64,000 bases of DNA from Mobula birostris (GCF_030028105.1 NC_092397.1:32765097-32829096); one strand, 5' to 3'; shown: positions 12,163-25,930, numbered from the stretch's first letter. Translations and numbers: made by a program. The notes: generated by a model from the letters alone, not told the origin.

Positions 12163-12814
12163 ATGACCGAGACAGCACCCGCCGAAACGGCTCCTCCAGC
12201 CGCACCCGCCGCCGCAAAGAAGACTCCCAAGAAGAAGGCGGCCGGCCGGAGCAAACCAGCCGGTCCCAAGCTGGGCGAACAAATCGATAAGATTGTGGCG
12301 GATTGTCGCGATCGGAAGGGAATGTCCGCTGTGGCCATCATGAAGGCTCTGACCAGCAGCGGTGTCGATGTGGGGAAACGTCGCGCCCAGATCAGGATGT
12401 GCATCAGGAAGAGAGTGGAAAGCGGCTCCTTGGTTCAGACCAAGGGCGCGGGTCTTTCGGGATCCTTTAAATCCGGTCAAGGAAAAAGTGCCGTGAAAGC
12501 GGTGAAGAAAGCGAACAAACCATCGGTAAAGAAATCTGCCATCAAGAAATCTCCAAGCAAGAAGTCTGGCGCCAAGAACCCAGCGGCTAAGAAAGCGGCA
12601 GCGAAGAAACCAGCGGCTAAAAAAGCGGCAGCTAAGAAACCAGCGGCTAAAAAAGCGGCAGCTAAGAAACCAGCGGCTAAAAAAAACGGCAGCTAAGAAA
12701 CCAGCGGCTAAAAAAGCGGCAGCTAAGAAACCAGCGGCGTCGAAGCCAAAGAGCCCCAAGAAACTCGCAGCCCCGAAGAAGAAGGCGGCCAAGAAGACAG
12801 CAGTCAAAAAGTGA
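12163..12814 (+). CDS. H1: Linker histone H1 with a +1 frameshift in an A8 run (216 aa if corrected; as assembled it stops at 12696, 177 aa)
   Basis: MTETAPAETAPPAAPAAAKKTPKKK, winged-helix domain ending LVQTKGAGLSGSFK, then a K/A/P tail of 30-bp repeats. Removing one A at 12679-12686 extends the frame to ...KKTAVKK-TGA at 12812-12814, just before the stem-loop. Confidence 0.92.
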
Positions 12815-12850
12815 ATTAAGGTATACCGTTTGTAAGTGTTTGAACCCAAC

Positions 12851-12889
12851 GGCTCTTCTCAGAGCCACCCACATCTCAGAAAAGAGCTG
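12851..12889 (+). terminator. Histone 3' stem-loop and HDE of H1
   Basis: GGCTCT-TCTC-AGAGCC-ACCCA at 12851-12871; AAAGAGCTG at 12881-12889. Confidence 0.95.
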
Positions 12890-13650
12890 ATCGTGAATAT
12901 TGTGATTCCCGCGCCGGGTCCGACTGAGTTTTGCGGGGGAACTTATCGCATAAAACCCGATTTTCCCGGTACCTCTCTGACATTCAGAGCGGCCCTGACG
13001 TCCCAGATTTGAAGTGAAACGCTGCGTTTCACTCGGGTTGTGTGTGTGTGAGAGAGAGTGAGACCGGTGGGGTGGTCTGCAGGCCCAGTTCCTTCTCCCG
13101 CTCCAGGACAGCGTGACTGAGATTCCGCACCTCGCATCCCAAAGCCCGATTCAGCTGAGTTGATTGGGAACTGCTGAAACCCATGTGAGAGGGGAGGGGG
13201 CGTCTTGAGAGAGAGATCTGTCTCTGGGGATGGACTGCAGGGGGAAGATATATGATAACCTTCCCGGCGACTTTGCCGACTGACCTTCAATCAGGTACCA
13301 GCTACAAAAGTTTATTTACACAACATTTACAAGAATAAAATCAAAAATATATAATTACCGCTCTCGGAAATCTCCCACTGTACCCATTGCGACCGCATGC
13401 TCCCACTGCAAGGACAGCCGGGCATGTCGAAAGCAAACAAAACGGTAACAGCCGCAGCAGTTGTACATGCCAGGTTTGTGGGAGAAGTGAAGGGCCAGGT
13501 GAGACCCTGACAGGGAGGGAGCGCGTTCATCTCCTGTCTCTCGCTGAATTAACCTGTCGGCACAGAACAGCTGATGATTGCGGTCACTTAATGCAAAACC
13601 GAACAACCCCATCAGGAAGGCAGATCGTCACTACAATAATCAGCAAGCGA

Positions 13651-13691
13651 CAGCCCTTTCCTTTGCTGTGGTAGTGGCTCTTAAAAGAGCC
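13651..13691 (-). terminator. Histone 3' stem-loop and HDE of H3
   Basis: Minus strand GGCTCT-TTTA-AGAGCC at 13691-13676; GAAAGGGCTG at 13660-13651. Confidence 0.93.
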
Positions 13692-13720
13692 TTTTCTTGT
13701 GCTTGTTGTGGAGGCTGGGT

Positions 13721-14137
<417 letters not shown>

Positions 14138-14734
14138 TCAGAACCGACAACACGGGCTGAAATACAGGAACAAGATAGACGAAGCGTGCTTCGGGACAGG
14201 ATTTTATACTTTTGGAAAGGGTCTGCCCATCACCTCTGATTGGCTGAACCAGGTGTCTATTAAGGTTCCTTACTGCGATTGGTTGATTCATTTCCTGTAG
14301 GCTGGCGGCAAATAAAAATTTACGACAAATAAAAATTTGCCGAGCGGTCGGACTTCATTCATGCAGAGTGATTGGCGCCGGATTAATTTAAAATCGCCTG
14401 GCAATTGAAGACCATCCAGCAACGGTGCTTGATTACATTTTATTTACAATTAATTGTATGACGAATTATACAAATTCAGTTTCGTTTAATAAATTTAATA
14501 TCTAATTTCCTCAGTTAAGATTTAAATTCACAACTGCAGAATCGTTCTCTAAACGAGTGAACTGATTTCTGTTCGAAACTGATAGAGGATTAAAATCGAT
14601 CCTAATGCAGGTTTTGCGGTAATCACTGACTGGAAAGGCAAAATTGCAGTATGTTTCAAGCAGAATCGATCAATCTGTTTCAAATGCAACTGAACTGAAC
14701 GTATCGATAAAAAATAATTAAAAGTCTGTGGATA

Positions 14735-14775
14735 CGGCTCCGTCTGTGAGGCGGTGGGTGGCTCTTAGAAGAGCC
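14735..14775 (-). terminator. Histone 3' stem-loop and HDE of H4
   Basis: Minus strand GGCTCT-TCTA-AGAGCC-ACCCA from 14775, then CAGACGGAGCCG. Confidence 0.9.
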
Positions 14776-14808
14776 TTTGTTTTGTGCTCGGGAGGAAGTG
14801 GGAGTTTT

Positions 14809-15129
<321 letters not shown>

Positions 15130-15639
15130 TCACTCAAGTCGCTGCTCACTGACAAACTGCCTGCTGCTATCTCCTTTTATACACAGCGCCCCGACCTGCC
15201 CGAGAAACGCGCAGAGAGACAGAGGCGGGGAGGGGAGGAGACAGAGTCAGAGTGACGGACAGAGCCGAGAGCGGCCTCTCATCGTCCAGCTCCGCCTTCA
15301 CTTTACCACAACCGCCAATTTCCAACGATTCATCCGACACAAAGCGCTCCAGCGAAAAACAAAACTCCCTCACACACCACGTACATACTATGGGTTTTCT
15401 GGGAATTTGCCGATTCTCCTGCTTTAAATTAAAGGAAGTGCTTTTCCATTCTACAAATCCCCGAGGACCTCGGTCTGTCCCTCCCGGCCCCATGACCAGT
15501 GTCAGCGCCCTCACACACAGCAGTTGGTGGGCGAGGGTGCAGTCACTTCCAGTGATGAGAGGGTTGATTCATTAGAACAATTGTTCCTCTGGGTCGTCAG
15601 GGAAATGAAAGACTGGTCACATACAGGAACAGGATACAT

Positions 15640-18460
15640 AACCAGATATATAGACCGCGCTTCTGGCGCCTTCTAAAGCCCAGGTAAAGGGGTGGCTGAG
15701 GAGCTGGTGCGAGGTGGGTGGTTCTTCAGGTACAAGGATCTTTGGGTCTCAAGGGAAACGAGAGACGGGTCCAAGGAGGAGGGGAGCCAATATGTTTCCG
15801 GGGAGCCTTCTTCGTGCTACACGGAAGGGTTTAAATGAGCAGGGATGTTAAGTCCTATACAGTGGTTTTAGAGAACTAGGTTAAAAAAAAGCAGGACTTC
15901 CAGGATTGTAATCGCGGAATTGTGACCAAAACCATGCGCTAGTGTGGTGAGAAATCGATATTTCGCGCAGTTTAATATGTTGCTGAGGAACTGATGCAGG
16001 AGGGAGGTTTTCAGATTCATGGATTCATGGGTGGTCCAGGCAGCTGGGAGACCGGGACAAACAAGACCATTTGCATTTGAACCAATACCTTCACCAGGAG
16101 GTTTGATGGTGTCACTTGGCAGAGTTTGAACTGGAGTAGCAAGTGGGAGAATGTATGTCTGACAAGACAGTCTGAAAAGAACGAGAGCCAATGTCAGGCT
16201 AATAAACATGGTGGGATTGCTGGGCTGAAATGAGTTTATTTCAACATTAGGAGTTTTATGTTGTCGGACGGACAGGGCTGGCAGCTCAACATTCCTGGGT
16301 TTGATTGTTTTACATGTGAGTGGGGGAGGGAGGGGGGGTTAAAAGATGCAGAGGTTACCCCACTGGGAATGTCACTGCAAACTGGAAGGTTCATTTACAG
16401 AGGCAATCTGCAGTTACACTGCTGGGATGTTTGCACTGGCCCCACAATAACCAGTGGGGGGACTTTATCTTCCCTAGAATTCACTGGAATTTGCTCAATA
16501 CTAAGAAGCGCAAGATTTCTTTAGTGAATCTGAGGAAATTTTGAAACATTATGTCGAGCCCAACCAGAGTTGAGAACATGTGGGAATTAGTTTTGGGAAA
16601 TGAACCAGACCAGGAGACAGCCAAGACTCAGTGAAAATTTTGGGATCTTATATTTTTCTTAGTTATGAGTAAGAATAAAATTAGATCTTGTAAGAAGGTA
16701 CTAAATTGCAGGAGGGCAAGTTAGGACGTAGTAAGACAGAAGCCAAGGGGCATTGATTGGGAGCAGCCACATGTGGGAGTTGTTTAAAGACCACCAGGTC
16801 AGAGTTAAATATTGAGGTACAGGATTTATGCACATTTGCAAAGGCATGGCCTGCGTAGGGACAATCAGCATGGTTTTGTGTGGGCAGATCATGCTTGACA
16901 AAGTTGCTCGAGGTTTGTGAGGTGATGACAGAGACTAAGGTATAGGAGAAGAATTAGACCATTTGGCCCATCGAGTCTGCTCTGACATTTCATTGTGGCT
17001 GATCCAATTTTCCTCTCAGCCCCAATCTCCTGCCTTCTCCATGTGTCCCTTCATGCTCTGACCAATCAAGAATCTATCGATCTCTACCTTAAATATACCT
17101 TGGCCTCCACAGCTGCTGCCTGTGACAACGAATTCCACAGATTCACCACTCTCTCTAAAGAAATTCCTCCTCATCTCCATTCTAAAAGGATGCTCCTCTA
17201 TTCTGCGGCTGTGTCCTCTGGTCTTAGACACTCCCATCCTCTCCACATCAACTTTATCACAGTGATAGGTTTCAATTAGTCATCCCTCATTGTTCTCAAT
17301 TCCAGTGAATAAAAGGCCCAGAGCCATGAAATGTTCTTCATATGACAAGCTGTTTGATCCTGGAATCATTTCAGAGAATCTCGTTTGAAACCCATCCAGT
17401 TTCAGCTCATCCTTCCATACAGGGCCCAAAACTGCTCCCAATACTCCAAGTGAGACTTTGCCAGTACTTCATAAAGTCTCAACATTACAGTCTTGTTTTT
17501 ATATTCCAGTCCTCTTGAAATGAATGCTAACATCACAGTTGCCTTTCTCAGCAGAGACCCAACCTGCAAATTAGCCTGTAGAGAATCCTGCACAATGACT
17601 CCCAAATCCCTTTGTACCTCAATTTTTTGTATCTTCTCTCCATTTAGAAAATAATCAACCCTACTATTTCTTCAACCAAAGTGCATGACCATACACTTCC
17701 CAATTCTGTATTCCATCTGCCACTTCTTTGCCCATTCTCTTCATCTGTCTGTCCTTCCCTATTTCCTCAAAAATACCTGCACCTCCACCTGTCTCTTCAT
17801 ATCATCTGCAAATTTTGCAATAAATTCATGAATTCCATCATCCAAATCATTGACATATAATGTGAAAAGAATGAGACCCAACATCTTGGTGCTTGATGAG
17901 GGCAAGGCTGTGGACATGATCCGCATAAACCTCAGTAAGGCATTTGAAAAAGAGCAGTGGGATTCAATATAAATTGCAATTTCAATTCAGAAATGGCTTT
18001 CTCATAGAAGGCTAAGTAGGGCTGGAAGTCTGTGAGCAGTGGTGATCCACAAGGATTGATGCTGGGAATTATGTTGTTTCTGATATATATCGATGTTTGG
18101 ATGAAAATGTTGATGGGCGGTTTACAAGTCTACAGGTGACAGCAAGATAGGTGGAATTGTGGACAGTGTAGATATTGATCAATGCACACAGTGGGATACA
18201 GATCACAAACAGATATGCAGAGTAGCTGCAGAAGGAATTTAATCTGGGAGGGAATGTGGCGTTGCAGTTTGGGAGGTCAAATGAAAGAAGAAAGTATAAT
18301 GTTAATGTCTGACCCCTTCACAGCATTGGTGTAAAGAGTGATCTTGGGATCCAGGCACATAGTTCACTGAATGTGGCTACACAGCGGGATAAGGTGTGCA
18401 GAATGCTGGTTTCCACTGGTCAGGGTGTTAAACATAAGAGTAAGGGTGTCATGTAATATA
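15640..18460. mobile_element. Nested decayed CR1 fragments (plus-strand ORF1/ORF2 pieces with an antisense 3' end at ~16940-17880)
   Basis: QGWQLNIPGFDCF (endonuclease) on plus; AFISRGLEYKNKTVMLRLYEVLAKSHLEY on minus. Confidence 0.7.
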
Positions 18461-18859
18461 ACGTACAGGGAATGGACCCTGTGCAGGTAGGTGTATTCAC
18501 CTCCTTCAAGTCAGTATTTAGTCGATGGACCGTTGGCAGCAATTACAACCATGAGTCTATGTGGATAGGTCACTATCAGCTTTGCACATCTGGACACTGC
18601 AATTTTTCCCATTCTTCCTTACAAAACTGCTCAAGGTCTGTCAGAATGCACAGAGTTTATGAGTGAACAGCCCTTTTCAAGTCCAGCCACAGATTGAGGT
18701 CTGGACTCTGACTTGGCCACACCAGGACATGAACTGTGTTGTCTTAAGGCATTCCTGTGCAGCTTTGGTTTTAAGCTCGCAGTCATTGTCTTGCTGGAAA
18801 ACAAATCTTTTCTGAAGTCTCAGTTCTCTTGCAGATTGCATTAGGTACAGCTCATCCTT

Positions 18860-19236
18860 AGGGAACGTGTGGTTTGTGGAGGGATGATGATCTGAGGAGC
18901 TGGGTGACAGGCAGAAAAGGCAAAGCGATGAAGAGAAAGGAATCCAATAGGAGAGAACTTTGGACCATGGGATGACACGAAGGAGGTGGAGAACCAGACA
19001 GAGTTGATGGCCAGGTCATGAGGGTGTGTGAAGAGAGGTGAAGGGGTTAAATGGTATCAGAATGGGGGAAAAGAAGTGGGGGTGAGGGAAACAGAGTGTA
19101 GTGATATCCGGAATTGGTAGAAATCAATGTTCATTCTATCAAGATTGGAGGCTGCACAGTCAGAATATGAGGTGTTGTTTGGCTAACCTGTACTTGGCTT
19201 CGTCGTAGCAGTAGAGGAGGCCACATGCAAACATGT
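18860..19236 (-). mobile_element. Penelope-like element fragment (end of GIY-YIG region and adjacent terminal-repeat sequence)
   Basis: 19110-19236 aligns by eye with 63705-63830, the Penelope endonuclease C-terminus. Confidence 0.6.
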
Positions 19237-19302
19237 TGGTGATGGCTCTCCGCTGGTCAGGGTCGACCATGGATATTGCGCCCTAGCTGTGGAAATCGAT
19301 AT

Positions 19303-19815
19303 GCAAGTCGGGGAAGTACAAAACGTAAAGCAAGTCAGGGACGTACGAAACGTAAAGCAAGTCGGGGACGTACGAAACGTAAAGCAAGTCGGCGACGTAC
19401 GAAACGTAAAGCAAGTCGGCGACGTACGAAACGTAAAGCAAGTCGGCGACGTACGAAACGTAAAGCAAGTCGGGGACGTACGAAACGTAAAGCAAGTCGG
19501 GGACGTACGAAACGTAAAGCAAGTCGGGGACGTACGAAACGTAAAGCAAGTCGGGGACGTACGATACGTAAAGCAAGTCGGGGACGTACGAAACGTAAAG
19601 CAAGTCGGGGACGTACGAAACGTAAAGCAAGTCGGGGACGTACGAAACGTAAAGCAAGTCGGGGACGTACGATACGTAAAGCAAGTCGGGGACGTACGAA
19701 ACGTAAAGCAAGTCGGGGACGTACGATACGTAAAGTAAGTCGGGGACGTACGAAACGTAAAGCAAGTCGGGGACGTACAAAACGTAAAGCAAGTCGGGGA
19801 AGTACGATACGTGAA
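19303..19815. repeat. 27-bp tandem array, 19 units, very CpG-rich
   Basis: Unit GCAAGTCGGGGACGTACGAAACGTAAA with 4 CpG per unit and few variants. Counted from the 9-aa periodicity of ORF 19276-19842. Confidence 0.97.
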
Positions 19816-20029
19816 GCAAGCAGTTGCCCATGCAGGAGCTGATGATTCCAGAGCAACAGCGGAGACCGATGGAGTCAAGCACCAGCGGTGTCGCAGGATT
19901 GCCAGTCTGCACTGAACATCAGACCATCAGACCGACAAGGAGTTAGTGTTCACAGTGGGGACACAGAAAACATCCCACAGATATCTGATGGTGACATTTC
20001 AATATTGTGCCATAATGTGTAACAACCGC

Positions 20030-23000
20030 CGTCTCCAGGGAGAAACTAATGGGACTAAAAGCAAACATTACCAGGTCCCAACGACCTGCACTAAAGTCTG
20101 GAGAGAAAGGAGAGACATTGAAGTCTGTCAAAACTCACTGTTACAGAAAGGTCCCAGTTAGTTGAAAACCATTGTTGAAGAATGGTGGAAGGTAACTGTA
20201 GTCCTGTTAACTTCACTTCAGGTACTGGAGTCGATAATCTATCAAGAAATAGCAAATCATTTCGAAAAGTTTAATGTCATTGAACTAAGTCAACAGGGTT
20301 TACAGTCAGATTCACACAGCACAGAAACAAGACCTTCAGCTTAAATTGTCCACGATGACCAAAGTTTCCATCTGAGCTCGTGGTCTGTAACCCCCTCACC
20401 ACCACCAACTGGAAAAGTTGCCCTTCAGGTTCCTATTAAATCTCATCTTAAACCAATGCCCTCCAGTTCTTGATTCCCCAACACTGGCAAAATGATTGTT
20501 ATCTTTGACCCAACTCAGGCCCCTTATTATTTTTTTACACCTCTGCAATATCATTACTCATTCTCCAACATTCCAGGGAAAATTGACCAAAACGCTTTCC
20601 ACAAATCAGTCCTTCAAGATCCAGCAACATCCTCGTAAACCTCCTCTGCTCTCTTCCCAGCTTAATGGTGTCTGTCAGACAGCAGGGTCACTAAAACTAA
20701 ACACTATTTGCGAAATGCGGCCAAACCAACGTGTTGGACAACTGCAACATTTCATCCCAGCTTCTATATTCGGTGCCCTGACTGAAGGCCAGTGTTCCAA
20801 AAGCCTCTTCACCACCCTGTCCATCTGGAACCTGGTCTTAGACCCTGTAACCTGGGTTGCTGAACGTTCAGTCATGTTTGACAAACATACCAGAGATTTG
20901 AGACTTTACAGGGGAAGTTGGAGAAGCGGTGTTTTTGGATTTTCAGGAGCCATTTGCCAAGGTGCCACATGTAAGGCTGGTGCACAAGACCAGAGCTCAG
21001 TACTGGGAAGGAAGTGTGTTAATACTGACTGAAGACTGGTTACCATACTGAGACAGAATAACAGGTCTGTTTCAGACTGGGATGATATTACTAGTGGAGT
21101 GTCCCAGTGACCAGTTCTGGATCGACAATGATTTATTATTGATATTAATGACCCAGAGGAGGGAGGTCAATGACAGGGAATGTGGTGGGGGACATGATGT
21201 GATTGGACATTTCATCTCTCCAACAGGATAAGAAGAAGCTGGTGAGTAGAATACTTGGTAAATGGAGTTTAATGTGGTGAAGTGTGATGGCATGTAGAAT
21301 GGTAGGAGGAATCAAAAGTCAGACTGTGATTTATGTGGAGATAAATTGTAAACGAGAGAAATAGAGAGGGGTCAAGATGCTGAACTACACAACAAAATAG
21401 AGACGGGAGCAGTGAGTGGTTCATAAAACCATATATGACCAAGGTTCAGAGGTGAATGGTTCATTGACATTTACTGCTGGGGTGTTGGTGCAGAGAAACA
21501 GAGAAGTGTTGTTACCGTGACAGACAAGTGCACAATGATGGATTTTGGGAAGTTAAAGCAAGTCAGGATGTACCCATTGAATGGAGGGTCCTGAGGAGTG
21601 TTGATGAAAGAGAAACCTGGGGCACAGATGCATAATTCCCTGAAAGTGCCAACACAGGTAGACACGGTGGTGAAGAAGGAACACGACATGCTTGTCTTCA
21701 TCGGCAAAGGCTATGAGAGGAGTTGGGTCATCACATTACAGTTGTACATATCAATAATGACACCACACCAGGAGTACCCTGTGCAGTTCTGGTCACATGA
21801 GAGGAAGGATGTGATTAAGCTGGAAAGGTGCAGAAACAATTCACAGGAATGTTACCTGGACTGCGGGGCTTGAGTTACAAGGAAAGATCAGACCGACTGG
21901 GACTGTCTTCCCTGGAGTGAAGGAGACTGAGGGGAGACCTGACAGAAGTTTATAAAACTATGAGAGGTGTAGACAAGGTAAACAGGCAGAATCATTTTGC
22001 CAGGGTAGAAATATCAAATATGAGAAGGTGCAGCTTTAAAATGCCAGGGTGAAAATTTAAAGGTGGACGTTAGGGCAGGTAAGATTTCTGTTTTTGTACA
22101 GAGAGTGGTGAGGGCCGGGTATGGGCTGCCTTGGGGAGTGGTGGAAGCAGATATGATAATGACATTTAACAGGGTTTTAGACAAGTCCATGAATATTCAG
22201 AGAATTTAAGCACATGAATTATAAGCAGGCAGAAGAGATTTAGTTTCATTTGGCATCGTGTTCAGCACAGACATCATGGGAAGAAGGGTCTGTTCCTGTG
22301 CTGTACTGTTCTGTGTCCTCGGTGAGCCTCAGTGACAGGGGAGTCTTTAGCCGGGGTCACAGACAGGTGTATCTGTGGTAAGGAGACAGACTGCAGGATG
22401 ATGCATTACCTCCCTGGTACCAGGGTCGAGGATGGAACTGAAAAAGTACAGGCCATTCTGAAAGGGCAGGGTGAGCAGCCAGAGGTCGTGGTCCATATTG
22501 GCTCTAACAAAAGAGACAAGTCCTGCAAAAAGAACTTAGGGAGTTGAGGAAAAGTTAAGTAGAAACTCTGTGGTGGGGGTGGGGATAATCCCAGTGCCAC
22601 CTGCTAGCGAGGAAATAAATAAAAAAGGTATTACAGTTCCGGCCCAAAACAGTGACTTTTCGTTTTGACCCCAGCATCCGCAGAGTATTTTGTGTTTACA
22701 GAGATCCAGCTGAGAGAAGGGCAAGACTGGTAGTGAAACATTCCAGGATTCAGATGATTCAGACAGTCCAGAGGGAGGTGAATGAGGTTGGGGATCTGTA
22801 CGGCTGATCAGGCAGAATGTCACAAGGTCGAGGTCACCCTGGAGGCTCCTCCAGTCAGACAATGTGGGTAGAGTTCAGGAATAAGAAAGGAGCAATCTCC
22901 GTGCTAGGATTATACTGGAAGCCTCACAACAGCCAGTAAGAGAGGAACAGATATGTCGGCAGGTTATGGACTGATGTAAAAACTACAGAGTAGATTTGGT

Positions 23001-25930
23001 GAGTGAATAACCTCCCCAGAGTAACTGGGACTCCCTTGCACCGAGGCTTGGATGGAGCATTATTTGTGTTCAGGAAGGTTTCCTGAAACAATATGTCGTC
23101 CACCAGGGAGAGGGACATTCTTGACTTCACCTTGGGAAATATGGGACTCAACAGAGTGGTGGCAGGAACAACCATGTTCTGAGAGGAATTAGACAAGTCC
23201 TTCAGGGGAAATGACCTGCAGAGCTGTGGGTACAGTGGGGAATGGGATTGTGGAAATGTTGTAGCAGGAGTTGGTATAAATTTGATGGGTCAAATAGTCT
23301 CGACGATCACTGAATGATTCTCCGCCCAATAATAGTCTGAAAAAAATCACTCTGGTCGCCAGTGAATCTACCAAACTCCAGGATGAACAAGATCAATTGT
23401 GTAATAAGGACACACTTCTGTCGAAACACTGACACTATATACCAAGTACACTGAGCTGCCAGAGCACAACACCGGCCAGTGAGGACACAGACCAGTACAA
23501 CACCCAGCTCTCTACTACAAAGTTCAAAGCTGAAAGTAAATGTATTATCAAAATACATTTCTGTCACCATATACAACCCTGAGATCAGTTTTCTTGTGGG
23601 CATACTGCTGGTTTGTTAGAGCGGTTGGGGAGGGTTTAAATTAATTTGGCAGGAGCATGGGAACTGGTGTGAAAGGATGCAGGATAGGACAGATGGTAAA
23701 AAAGCAAAGATCGCATGCAGTCACACTGTCAGGAAGGGCAGGCAGATGACAGGACATAACTGCAGCCAGCAGGATGAGCATCAGTGCATGAGGAATGCAG
23801 AATCAATAAGGGTAGCAAATGCAGAACTCAAACTGTTATATCTCAATACACGGAGTGTAAGAAATAAGGTGGATAATCTTATTGCCCTATTACAGATTGT
23901 CATGTTTAATGTTGTGACCATCACTAAATCACGGCTGAAGGATGTTTCTAGTTCGGAGCTAAATGCCCCAGGTTACACGTATCAGAGGGATAGGAAGGTA
24001 GACAATGGGGATGGCATGGCTCTGCTGGTAAAGAATGGTAACAAATCAGTAGAAAGATGTGACACAGGATCGGAAGATGTTGAATCATTGTGAGTTGAAT
24101 TTAAAAACTGCAAGTGTAAAAAAGACTTTGATGGTAGTTGTTTACAGGCCTCCCAACAGTTGCTGGTATGTGGACCACAGATTACAACAGGAAATAGAAA
24201 AGGCAGGTCAAAAGGGCAATGTTGTGGAAGGGGAGATTTCATCAGAGTCATGGGAGATTTTAACATGCAGGTCGATTGGGAAAATCAGGTTGGAAATAGA
24301 TCTGAAGAGAGTGAGTTTGCTGAATGCTGAACAGATGGCTTTTTAGAGCAGTTTGTCATTGGGCTACTAGGGGAACAGCTATACTGGATTGTGTGTTATT
24401 GAATAAACTGGAGGTGATTAGGGAGCTGAAGGTAAAAGAACCCTTAGGAGGCAGTGATCTCAGTATCATTGAGTTCAGCTTGAAATTGGACAGGGAGAAA
24501 GTACAGTCTGACACAGCAGTGTTTCAGTGGAGTAAAGGCAGTTACAGTGGTTTGAGAGAAGAGTTGGCTAAAATAAATTGGAAGGAGATGCTGGCAGGGA
24601 TGGCAGCAGAGAAGTAACAGTTTCTGGGGAGAATGAGGGAGGTGCAGGATGAATGTATTCCAAAAACAAATAAATACTCAAATGGCAAAATAGTACAACC
24701 GCGGCTGACAAGGAAATCAAAGCTAATGTAAAACCAAAAGGGAAGGCATATAACAAAGCAAGGCAGCAGAAAGGGAAATATAGACCAGTTAGACTGACCT
24801 CAGTGGTTGGGAAGATACCGGAGTCAATTATTGAAGAGTATTGGAAACACAGGACAAGAAAGGACAAAGTCAGCACGGTTTCCTTAAGGGAAAGTCTTGC
24901 CTGATGAACCTGTTGGAATACTTTGAGGAGATTACATGCAGGATGGATAAAGGGGATGCACTGATGTCATATATTTGGACTTTCAAAAGGCTTTCTTTGA
25001 CAAGGTGCCACAAATGATCCTGGCAATAAAAGGATTAATGCATGAGGGTGACCACTAGAAGTGGGAATGGTGCTGGAGATGGACAGACCCAGAGTTTCCG
25101 GGATGCTGAGACCAGAGATTCAGTGGGTTGGTCAAACCTGAGGTCAGGCTGCAAATAGTTTGGTGACTACCATGACTGGAAAGGGGAAGAGACAGACAGT
25201 GCAATGTCTCCCTGTGGCTGTGACCCTCAGCAACAAGTACACTCCTTTGGATACCCCTGGGAGGATGACAAACCAGAGAACAGCAGCCCGTCACGTCAGT
25301 GATACTGACACCCCGGTCTGATGCTCCACGGGAGGAAAGGTCAATCACAGCAGTGATGACAACAGACTCACAGTACAGGGGATGTGCAGGAGATTCTGTG
25401 GCAGCAAGAGAGATGCCACGGTGGGGTGCCCCCTCCCGGGTACTGGGGTCAGGCACGTCTCCGATGTGCAGGATTTCCTAATGATAAACTTGCCAGTTGA
25501 TTTGGTGGTAAGGAAATCAAATGCAACGTCAGCATTCATTTCAAGAAGACTACAACACAAAAGCGAGGATGTAATGCTCAGAGTTTATAAGGCATTGGTC
25601 CGATCACACTTGGTATTGTGAACTGTTTTGGGCCCCTTCTCTAAAAAGGTACGTGTTCACAGGAGGTTCACAAGAATGATCCTGGCAATAAAAGGGTTAA
25701 TGCACAAGGATTGTTTGCTGGCTCTCGGCCTGTACTTGCTAGACTTTAGAAGAATGAGGAAATCTCATTGAAACTTATCAAAAATAGAAAGACCTACAAT
25801 GGAGTGGGGAGGATGTTTCCGATAGCGGGGCAGTCTGGGATCACAGGGCACAGCCTCAGAATACTAGGACATCCTGTTAGAACAAAGATCAGGTAAAACT
25901 TCCATACCAAGGGGTAGTGCATCTGCACAG
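20030..25930 (+). mobile_element. Dense field of decayed, mostly plus-strand CR1 fragments (ORF1 esterase, endonuclease, RT, 3' ends)
   Basis: LPGTRVEDGTEKVQAILKGQGEQPEVVVHIGSN (ORF1), LLYLNTRSVRNKVDNL (endonuclease), LLNKLEVIRELKVKEPLGGSD. Confidence 0.7.

Noticed and set aside
19303-19815. CRISPR-like appearance of the 27-bp array
   Set aside because: The units are contiguous with no unique spacers, there are no cas genes, and the context is eukaryotic.
19183-19912. Minus-strand ORFs (TSPTCFTFR)n, (VPDLLYVSY)n and (PRLALRFVR)n
   Set aside because: These are by-products of a stop-free 27-bp unit, with no start context or family similarity.
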